Shown here piece by piece: positions 8,732-16,654 of a stretch of DNA of 27,364 nt (within the stretch, counting starts at the first letter, position 1; every line of letters begins with the position of its first letter). Location of the stretch: the NCBI GenBank assembly GCA_018238625.1, contig JABCSY010000054.1, positions 1-27,364 on the forward strand. Reading direction: 5' to 3'. The stretch is from Promethearchaeota archaeon. GTDB lineage: Archaea > Asgardarchaeota > Lokiarchaeia > Sigyniarchaeales > SOKP01. Made by a program: the position numbers and the translations under genes. The notes beneath the pieces were generated by a model, which saw nothing but the letters and a program-made list of their open reading frames with translations, did no database searches and was not told the DNA's origin.

Positions 8732-9032
8732 TTTTTCTCACTCTATTTATTAATTGAAATGTATTTGATTTATTCTTTTTTTAATTTAAGGCTAAAATGG
8801 ATGATTTATGTTTAATTTTTTCAAGCCTATTTATTAATTTGATAAAATTTATTTAAACTCCTAAAAAAGTGAAAAGTGATTAGCGTAAAATAACCAACTC
8901 ATGCTTTTAGGGATTTTTAAATATAATTTTTTATCATTGTAGGTCTAAACAATTCTAAATACTTTACATCATCAAGTTTGGGGCTAAATGCTCCAGTGAA
9001 AAATGAAAGAAATTTTAAGAAGTATTCTTTTT

Positions 9033-10235
9033 TTATATTAAATCTGAAGGTAAATGTGGATTAGTAATTAAGTTTTGAAAGTTTTTAACTGAAGGAAGCT
9101 TTCCATACTTGTATTTTATGAGATTGCTTCCAAGGTTATACATAAAAGCGTTTTTTGAATAAACTGGGTTAGAGATTTTTTTTAGTTGAATTTTTATGGT
9201 TTCTTTACTAACAATTTCAAAATTTGTTCCATATCGTATTAATTGCTCGTCGTTATATTTATCAATAAGCGCATGATATGCAAAATTATACCAAAAAAGG
9301 GTTATTTTTCCTTTTACTTTGTTTTGTGCCATCATCATTTCAAGAGAATCTTCGTTTGATGAATCTGGACACAATTCTCGTAAACTAATTTCTACTGCTT
9401 CCCGATTTGAAAAGAGCATTTTTAATGCTAATTCTGCGATCCCTTCTGAGAGTATTAATTTAGGGCTATGTAGCAGTAGTATTGAGTGTTCAAATTGATT
9501 TAACTCGCGATATAACACTCTTTCTTTGATAGCAAATTCTGTATGATGGCCAGGATATCCCTCATGTGCGGCAGAAGACAAAAGTCCAGTCCAATAAATG
9601 TTGTAATTCGGATTAACCTCTATTCGGGAGCAAAAATTACCCACATACCAATTGTAATAAGACCATTTTATTTCATCATTATTTTTGACTAATTCTAACA
9701 CAATTCGTTCTTTTTGAGGTAATAAGTTGACAAATAACTTTTTAGTTCGCTCTCTCGTGATGTTGAGAGCTTTTTTATATAATTCAAATACTTTACCCTC
9801 AGGAACAGTTCGTCGTACTCTTAAATCGTTCATTCGCTTTTCTAAACTTCCAGAATCACCATACGCTGCGCTAAACTCTTCTTTTAAGTTATCTAATTCA
9901 GATTCTTTAACTGGTTGTAAGACTACATCATATAACTTTGAGAATTGCTCCTTTATAGGAATATCGATATCGCTTAGGATTTCGATGGAAGTTCTCATCG
10001 ATATTAATGTTTTTTCTAAGTATCGCTCGCGTTTTTTATCGTAACCTTGTTTAAACAAATCTTTTTGTAGAGCTTTGCAATCACTTAAAAGCTTGTTTGG
10101 TGAAGTTATAACCTCATTGTCAACGATTTTACGTAATTTTTTAGGACCAATATAAAAATCTACATATCCCTTATTGTGTTTGTCTATGCGAAGTGTTAAA
10201 TTCAGAAAACGTCTTCCATATTCAGATAATTTCAT
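9033..10235 (-). CDS. DUF885-like putative zinc metallopeptidase (gluzincin-like)
   Basis: HEGYPGHH motif (nt ~9543-9566) with a downstream EGIAE candidate third-ligand motif and a late Y-x-x-G, matching the pattern of DUF885-type proteins. No signal peptide is visible. Confidence 0.65.
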   Translation of the reverse strand: MKLSEYGRRFLNLTLRIDKHNKGYVDFYIGPKKLRKIVDNEVITSPNKLLSDCKALQKDLFKQGYDKKRERYLEKTLISMRTSIEILSDIDIPIKEQFSKLYDVVLQPVKESELDNLKEEFSAAYGDSGSLEKRMNDLRVRRTVPEGKVFELYKKALNITRERTKKLFVNLLPQKERIVLELVKNNDEIKWSYYNWYVGNFCSRIEVNPNYNIYWTGLLSSAAHEGYPGHHTEFAIKERVLYRELNQFEHSILLLHSPKLILSEGIAELALKMLFSNREAVEISLRELCPDSSNEDSLEMMMAQNKVKGKITLFWYNFAYHALIDKYNDEQLIRYGTNFEIVSKETIKIQLKKISNPVYSKNAFMYNLGSNLIKYKYGKLPSVKNFQNLITNPHLPSDLI

Positions 10236-10408
10236 AGTTACACCCGGTATTTTCGTCTTTGAGCGCGTAAATTAAATATTTTATTTTAAAGATAATCGTC
10301 TACTATTGAGATAATAATTATAATTGATTATATTAAATTATTGGTTTATTCGGGTCACGATAGGATTAATTGTGATTTAAAATTTGAAGCGTAACAGAAA
10401 TAATTAAT

Positions 10409-12769
10409 TTATTCCTCAACTATATTTAAATTTAGTTTTAATTTTGAGGTATAAAACATTATTTTATTAAAAATGTCTTGATCAATCTCTAACCTTAAGC
10501 CTAAATTCAATATATTCGAAAATTGGTTTCCGTAATAGGTTTTAAACAACTTGGATACGTTATATATTGCGTTTTTTTCAGAAGATTTAAGTATTTTAGA
10601 TTTTTCAAATTCTTCTTTTCTTATCTTTAAGATTTCGCTGGAATATTTAACAAATTGCGTATGACGCATTTCTTTTAGATTGAAAATCTTTGTACCTCCA
10701 AGCTCTCTTACCACGAGTATATTTTTTACGACTGAATGAATTTTCTCGAGCAGTTTGGTTCTAAATTCATCTAAATTACTTACTTCGCGTAATAACTCTT
10801 GAATTATTTCAGAGAATGGTAAATCTAATCCAGCTAATTCAGTCGTTAAATTTAATAATATTAAAATTTGATCCGTTTTCTCTTCAGAATTAGATTTTAA
10901 TTCTTGGTAAATAAATTCTCTTTCTTTATTTATAAAATCGAATAAGAATTTTCTGAAAGCTTTTACAAATTGACGATAATTTGGGACAAACAGTTTATTT
11001 GGGTTATTTAATATGATTTCATAAGCTTTAAAAGGACTAATCTTTTTATCGAGAACCGCTTTGATAAGAGATAAAGGGTAATACCCTTCAATAAATACCA
11101 TGCCCTTCGAAATACTATTAATTGCGTCTTTAAACGAACATTTCGCGATTATATTGATTCTTTTAACGATATTTCCTTCAATTTTAACCGGTGTTTTTTG
11201 ACAGTAAACTAAATCGAATGGTTTCAAGTCGTGAAAAAGAGAGTTGTTTTGATCTGGGATAACAATTTGGGCGCCGTACGCATTTACTAAACTGCCTTGT
11301 CTTGGCTTACTAGCTAAATCCCATTCGATTATCATAAGGTCGTTAATATTAGAATGATCTTGGTCAATGTCGTAATTGTATTCTATAGGTTTACTGATTA
11401 GCGAAAAGACATCTATAGAATTAATTTCATAACTATTTTCTTCTCCCCAGAATTGTTTTTTATAATAGAAAATATCTGGGAAGTTGTTTAAATCGTCTAA
11501 GAACAATTCTTTAATTATTAAATAGTTAACTCCAATTTCCGAAGATTTAATGGTAGATTCGTTTATTCCATAAAAGCCTATGTGTTTTATAACGTAATTG
11601 TAAGCGGGGTTTTCGAGATTCTCTTTATCGTGATTAACGATGTAGGTGTTTCTCTTTTTTCTAAAGTCAACTTTAGATTTTTTGATTTTATATTTTTCCT
11701 TAAGTAGATTGAGAAAGGCAAATTTCTTTAAATATACTTTCTTTTCTAATTCTTTTATTTCGCTTTTATATGCCTTATATTCGTCATAGTACGCGTCTTT
11801 TTGAATTTGAAAAACTTCAAAATGCCCCTTCATTAGCTTTAGTTTATCTATTACGCAGAAATTCTCTATTTCGCTTTTAAAATACTTTACAATTTCGCTT
11901 TTAAACGATTCAAAAGCCTTCAAAGGTATTAAATCTTTGAAAAGCGGATTAAGGTTAACGAGAGTTTCGTATTTTTTTTTTATAAAAAAAGCTGAAAAAT
12001 ACATTTCATTAAAATCGTTTGAATTAGCCATTTTTGCTAATTTTTTAAGCAAAGACGAAACAAAAGATTCGTTTTGAAATTTATACACATCTAATAATCT
12101 ATCAAAAGATTCTATAATTCTAAGTATTTCATAAAAAGCGTATTTTGAAACCGAATTTAGAAACAATTTAACACCTTTTTCTATGTAGTGATTGTATTTG
12201 AGAAGATAGGGTCCTAATTCGTTATCATAGGCAGACAGCAGAAATTCAAAAAATTCAATATACAAATTATTTTCAATCGCCGTTTTCAAATACCTTTCAA
12301 TAATCGATTCGCACTCGTGTTGATTAATAATCGCTTTATTTAAATAATTTAGTCCATCAACACAATTTTCACATTCAAAACAAGCATTAGCCAATTTCAA
12401 ATAGTTTTTGCTCTTCTTTTTGGAACCAAAGTCTTCAGAAGTTAAAAAAAAATCGTCAATATTGTTGATAATTTTTAAAGAAATCGACGGATTTATTATC
12501 GTTAAAAGTCTTATTAGATGAATGCATATCTTATCATCTCTTTCGCTGTGTATTAAAAAAGTAGGACAATCGTGAAATATTTCATTTTTTTTCTCGTTAA
12601 TAACTAGGTGGAATTCCCGGTCATTATCTAAAATGATTGCTCTTATCTTTATTGGATCTTCTTTCAATGAAATTATATTAATTTTATTTTTCTGGAACTC
12701 AACTGATTTCTTATATATCTCAATTCCATATTTCTCAATTATTAATTCTGATAAATTATTTTTTGTCAT
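10409..12769 (-). CDS. Large hypothetical protein with N-terminal SWIM-like Zn finger
   Basis: Beta-hairpin followed by HDCPTF...KICIHL (H/C-x-C...C-x-H), then a helical region. Starts 4 nt downstream of the VWA gene. Confidence 0.6.
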   Translation of the reverse strand: MTKNNLSELIIEKYGIEIYKKSVEFQKNKINIISLKEDPIKIRAIILDNDREFHLVINEKKNEIFHDCPTFLIHSERDDKICIHLIRLLTIINPSISLKIINNIDDFFLTSEDFGSKKKSKNYLKLANACFECENCVDGLNYLNKAIINQHECESIIERYLKTAIENNLYIEFFEFLLSAYDNELGPYLLKYNHYIEKGVKLFLNSVSKYAFYEILRIIESFDRLLDVYKFQNESFVSSLLKKLAKMANSNDFNEMYFSAFFIKKKYETLVNLNPLFKDLIPLKAFESFKSEIVKYFKSEIENFCVIDKLKLMKGHFEVFQIQKDAYYDEYKAYKSEIKELEKKVYLKKFAFLNLLKEKYKIKKSKVDFRKKRNTYIVNHDKENLENPAYNYVIKHIGFYGINESTIKSSEIGVNYLIIKELFLDDLNNFPDIFYYKKQFWGEENSYEINSIDVFSLISKPIEYNYDIDQDHSNINDLMIIEWDLASKPRQGSLVNAYGAQIVIPDQNNSLFHDLKPFDLVYCQKTPVKIEGNIVKRINIIAKCSFKDAINSISKGMVFIEGYYPLSLIKAVLDKKISPFKAYEIILNNPNKLFVPNYRQFVKAFRKFLFDFINKEREFIYQELKSNSEEKTDQILILLNLTTELAGLDLPFSEIIQELLREVSNLDEFRTKLLEKIHSVVKNILVVRELGGTKIFNLKEMRHTQFVKYSSEILKIRKEEFEKSKILKSSEKNAIYNVSKLFKTYYGNQFSNILNLGLRLEIDQDIFNKIMFYTSKLKLNLNIVEE

Positions 12770-12773
12770 TCTT

Positions 12774-15287
12774 CTAAAATCTCGATTTTATAATATCAGA
12801 AATTAATTTTGGGAAGTCGTTCCAATCTTTTATAGTTAATAATTGTCCTCCTGCGATTTTAACCATTTTTTTTGCTTCTTTTAAATTAAAGGAGGATTCT
12901 GGACAGACTAAGATAAAATCAATTCCTAAAGAGCGGAAAATTCTTAACGTTTCAATAGATTGCTGAAGGTCGTATATTTCAGCATCAGTAAATAATACAT
13001 TCAGCTTTTCACGGGAGCTTGATTTTTCTTTAAATTGTTTTTTTGCCCATTCTAAGGCACTTTGAAGCCTTGTACCACCTTTAGCTGAAACAGAGAGCAA
13101 CTCATCGGCTAATTTTTCTAAATCAACTTTTTTAGATAATTCCTTTAAAACATGCGTATCAGACTCGAAAAATGCAATAGCAATCTCATCTTTTCTCATC
13201 CCATATACTAACATAGTCACACATATTGCCATATAAGCTAGTTTTTCTCCCGTCATCGAACCACTGATATCAAGTTCAAAGCATAACGAGCGTAGTCCTT
13301 TCGCGGTCTCATAAACAAAAAAATCATCGTAATTAAGATGGTCTAATTTTTTACCCTTTTCCAGAAGATGGAAAATTGTTTCCTCCAAGTCTATATTTTC
13401 AAAGTCATCTCCTATTGTGTAGGGTCTTACTATGTTAACAGGTGTAGGGCCGGTCGTTGCACTGCCTAAACGAGCCCTTGAATAATATATTCCTAACTCA
13501 ATTAACATTTTTTTTGCTAATTCCTTAACCTTTAATTTAACTTGTTCTGGTAGATTATTTCTATGAATAAACCATTGTTTAAGGAGGTTTTCACCAGTAC
13601 CCGCGGATAAACACGCAATTAGTTTATCTTGCGCTTCTTTGCCCCCAATTTGCTGAGCACCTTTTAAAGCCTCATTCAGATTAAAATGACCAATTGCGCC
13701 TAAAGCATCCCTATTATCGGAAGCTAACGCACTGCTTAAAAGCTCTCTGATTCTCTCTTTATTCAGTTGGTCTTTAATTTGATTCATTAAATTGTTAATT
13801 CGCTGAAAATCTGCTACTTTCTTTTCAATCGTTTTTTTTAATAATTGATAGTTAGGTTCTATTAATTCGTATATTTCCTCTTCGGGCATTTCAAGTTTTT
13901 TTCCAATTCTTTTAATATCTTCTGCTTCAGGATTTAATCCGATCTTTCTTAAGAATTCTGTTGCGTTTCTTAATTGATCAGGCGTTTCACAAGCCTCTAG
14001 TGTTTGAGAAGTTAATTCGGGTAATTTCTGAGATATTTTTTGTCCACAGTGCATGTTTGGGCAGCTATTCATTAATTGTTGCATTTGATGAGAAAGCGAT
14101 TTAAATGCTTCAAACTTAATATTTTGACTATTTGCTTCATCGATCGCATTTTTCATAGCTTGATTAAATAGCGAATTCCAAGATTTATTAGCAAAGGCAT
14201 TTTTTGTCAACATTTCTAACGATAGATTCAATTGTTTCTTTTGCTTTTGCGGATTTTGCATTTGCCCATTTAATTTATTTAGCAGTTCTTCTCTTAAATT
14301 AGTACCAAAATATTGATCTAACGAGTCTGCAAGGTTAAAATTATGCTCAAATGAAGATTGGTTTAGCGAATTATTCAAAACTTTATCTTGATCAAACTTA
14401 GGAGTTTCGCCTAAAGTTTTTGCGGCATTAAATAATTGATCTAAATTATTTAGTTGGTTCTGAAGTTGATTTTTAATGTTTTGGATTTGATCTTTTATGC
14501 TTTGATTGTCCGAGGTCTCATTAATAAATTTTATAGATTTTAAAAGATCATCTAATTTGTTTGAATTAATCAGTTTTGATAAATCCTCAGAAATATTTTG
14601 ATTATCGAGAGCTTTACTTGCGAGTTTTTCCCATTCCCTTAAAGAATTTTGCTGGATTAAGTCGTTTAAACCTAAATTCGAACCAGCCCTTAAATCGTCA
14701 GGACTCAACGAATTTATTTTTTGTTCTAGCCTTTTTTGGGCTTCTTGAATTAGTTTTTCTAAGGAAGATATCTCTTCTTTATACAATTCCGAATCGTCGT
14801 TAAAAAAATTTAATGCGGATTTATATGGCTCTTCCTCCCTATTCGAATTTAATTCTTTGAGAAATTCCTCTAATTTTTGAATCTCATCTGTATCAATTGA
14901 TTTTGTCGCCTCGATTTCGTCAATAATCTCTTGAAGTTGATCTAATTCAGACTTCATCTCGGATTCTACAAGGTCTTCAATAGATTTATCAACGGCATCT
15001 TCGCTCTGAAAAAACGAGTCAATAATATCTTTTTTGTAATTTGGAAAGAGAATTTTAAAAGCAATGTCTTTTGCTAATTCCTGATTGTCCGGAAACGAAG
15101 TTACGGTACTTATTTCTATGTAATCGTTGGGAGTCACAAAACCCTTTCGATAATACCTCGATAAAATTAACTTTGGAATTGATAAAACTTGACGTGATGA
15201 CGGAATTTGGATAATGTCAGCATGAGACCTCATTTTTCTAATGAAATCTACAGCAAATTCGCAAGGATTTTCAGGAAAAACTGCCAT
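12774..15287 (-). CDS. VWA-domain protein (CoxE/MoxR-partner-like)
   Basis: C-terminal MIDAS motif DISGS, with GGT and LFTD; pre-VWA motif IDLEETI; long Q/N/E-rich helical stalk. Confidence 0.85.
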   Translation of the reverse strand: MAVFPENPCEFAVDFIRKMRSHADIIQIPSSRQVLSIPKLILSRYYRKGFVTPNDYIEISTVTSFPDNQELAKDIAFKILFPNYKKDIIDSFFQSEDAVDKSIEDLVESEMKSELDQLQEIIDEIEATKSIDTDEIQKLEEFLKELNSNREEEPYKSALNFFNDDSELYKEEISSLEKLIQEAQKRLEQKINSLSPDDLRAGSNLGLNDLIQQNSLREWEKLASKALDNQNISEDLSKLINSNKLDDLLKSIKFINETSDNQSIKDQIQNIKNQLQNQLNNLDQLFNAAKTLGETPKFDQDKVLNNSLNQSSFEHNFNLADSLDQYFGTNLREELLNKLNGQMQNPQKQKKQLNLSLEMLTKNAFANKSWNSLFNQAMKNAIDEANSQNIKFEAFKSLSHQMQQLMNSCPNMHCGQKISQKLPELTSQTLEACETPDQLRNATEFLRKIGLNPEAEDIKRIGKKLEMPEEEIYELIEPNYQLLKKTIEKKVADFQRINNLMNQIKDQLNKERIRELLSSALASDNRDALGAIGHFNLNEALKGAQQIGGKEAQDKLIACLSAGTGENLLKQWFIHRNNLPEQVKLKVKELAKKMLIELGIYYSRARLGSATTGPTPVNIVRPYTIGDDFENIDLEETIFHLLEKGKKLDHLNYDDFFVYETAKGLRSLCFELDISGSMTGEKLAYMAICVTMLVYGMRKDEIAIAFFESDTHVLKELSKKVDLEKLADELLSVSAKGGTRLQSALEWAKKQFKEKSSSREKLNVLFTDAEIYDLQQSIETLRIFRSLGIDFILVCPESSFNLKEAKKMVKIAGGQLLTIKDWNDFPKLISDIIKSRF

Positions 15288-15305
15288 AAAATAACTTTTT
15301 ACCCC

Positions 15306-16247
15306 CTACGCACCTAAAGTTTTATGAATAATACTTTCAATAATATTTTCAACTTTTGTACCAGGCTTTGGTTTCATACTTCCTAGTAGAACGTGACGAG
15401 TGATCTCTGAAAGATATTCGTAAGTAGATGTTTTTTCTTTTATTTTTCCTTCTTTTTCTAAAGATCGTCTTCGAGCCAATAGCTTTGCTATCGCAATTCC
15501 GGCTCGAATTGACGCTGGTACTTCAATATCTATTTTATTCTTTCTCGTTTCGTTTATTATTGAATAAATTAATTCTAATTCAGACTCTTCGATAACAAAA
15601 TGTTCAGGCAAATTTATTCTTATAATCTCAAGCTCAGTTGCTTTATCGGGATATGTTAATTTAATCCAGATTTTAATCCTATCCTTTAAAGCCTCAGATA
15701 GCCGATGGGTTCCCGAAAGTTCTTCCGGATTCATAGCAGAAATAAAGAAGAAATCATTGTTAGCTTTTATTCGACCCAAGTGCGGAATGTTAATCGATTC
15801 TTCCTCTAAAGGTTCTAATAAAGTATTTTGCGAGTATTCAGTAGCTCGATTTATTTCATTAGCTAAAAAAGTTCCACCTTCTAGCATTGCGCTCAAAAGC
15901 GGGCCGGGATTAAAAGCTTCTAGCACAAATCCCTTTTTTAGGGTAATAGCAGGATCGAAACTCCCTATAAAATGCGAAGGTTTTATGCTTTCGTCCATTG
16001 TGAGCCAGAAAAAGCTCTTATTTTTCTTTTCTTTAGCTCTTAAACTAGCAAAATATCTACACAAAATTGTTTTCCCTACTCCAGGCGGCCCAACAAGCGC
16101 TGGAAACAATCCTGTTGCCTCTGCATCTCTAAGCAATTCCAGTGCTTTACCATATTGTCCTGATAAAACAATATCAATTGGTTCTTGAGATATATCTTTT
16201 ATAAGTTGTTGCTGAAATAACTCCTCGAATCTTTCTTTATTAATCAT
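15306..16247 (-). CDS. MoxR-family AAA+ ATPase
   Basis: Walker A GPPGVGKT, GPLLSAM, Walker B-like FLANEINR, QNTLLEPLEE, sensor I AMNP and arginine finger LSEALKDR. Confidence 0.9.
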   Translation of the reverse strand: MINKERFEELFQQQLIKDISQEPIDIVLSGQYGKALELLRDAEATGLFPALVGPPGVGKTILCRYFASLRAKEKKNKSFFWLTMDESIKPSHFIGSFDPAITLKKGFVLEAFNPGPLLSAMLEGGTFLANEINRATEYSQNTLLEPLEEESINIPHLGRIKANNDFFFISAMNPEELSGTHRLSEALKDRIKIWIKLTYPDKATELEIIRINLPEHFVIEESELELIYSIINETRKNKIDIEVPASIRAGIAIAKLLARRRSLEKEGKIKEKTSTYEYLSEITRHVLLGSMKPKPGTKVENIIESIIHKTLGA

Positions 16248-16374
16248 TTTATTTTCTCTGATTAAAGACGACTATTCAAAGTCTTTCTTTTTGTAAATAA
16301 TAAGTATTTGGTAATTTTTAACTTTAAATATAATAAGATAAAAGTATAAAAAATATTCTGATAAAGTATCAAAA

Positions 16375-16420
16375 TTTTAAAAAAGAAAGGAAATTATATG
16401 ATACTCTTAGAAAGAGCAAC
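16375..16420 (-). terminator. Hairpin plus U-rich tract after mini-ORF 4
   Basis: CTCTT (16404-16408)/AAGAG (16412-16416) core stem, extendable with a G-U pair on the minus strand, then TTTCCTTTCTTTTTT. Confidence 0.45.
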
Positions 16421-16423
16421 AAT

Positions 16424-16453
16424 TTATGGTACAAGACCGTTTTGACCAGGCAT
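16424..16453 (-). CDS. Putative 9-aa micropeptide MPGQNGLVP (solo copy of the repeat family)
   Basis: ATG CCT GGT CAA AAC GGT CTT GTA CCA TAA, preceded by GAGTGATTAAA. Has the same downstream hairpin position and TTTCCTTTCTTTTTT tract as the 8.2-8.9 kb copies. Confidence 0.65.
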   Translation of the reverse strand: MPGQNGLVP

Positions 16454-16654
16454 TTTAATCACTCGATTCATTAATTGAAAAAATTTAGCTTATTATTAGA
16501 ATTTAAAATGATTATTTAAACTGCGAAAATAATTTTGAGGATTTTTTAAATAATAACTCATAACAACTTTTATTTAGTTTTAAATTATAATAAAAATTAA
16601 AGTAATGATAATTTAATTAATATCAAATAAAAATTACAAATTTTAGGAATAACA

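Larger units (their letters stand above)
8231..8860 (-). repeat. Tandem array of three ~200-220 bp imperfect repeat units, each carrying a 9-codon mini-ORF
   Basis: Recurring plus-strand blocks TTTTAAAAAAGAAAGGAAAA, TGATGTT..AACATC and TTATGG-N13-TGACCAGGCATTTTTT. The ATGs fall at 8309, 8529 and 8731 (spacing 220 and 202 nt). Confidence 0.9.

Noticed and set aside
8231-8860. CRISPR array or MITE interpretation of the repeats
   Set aside because: The period is ~200-220 bp with imperfect repeats and only a 13-nt variable core. There are no cas genes, terminal inverted repeats or target-site duplications.
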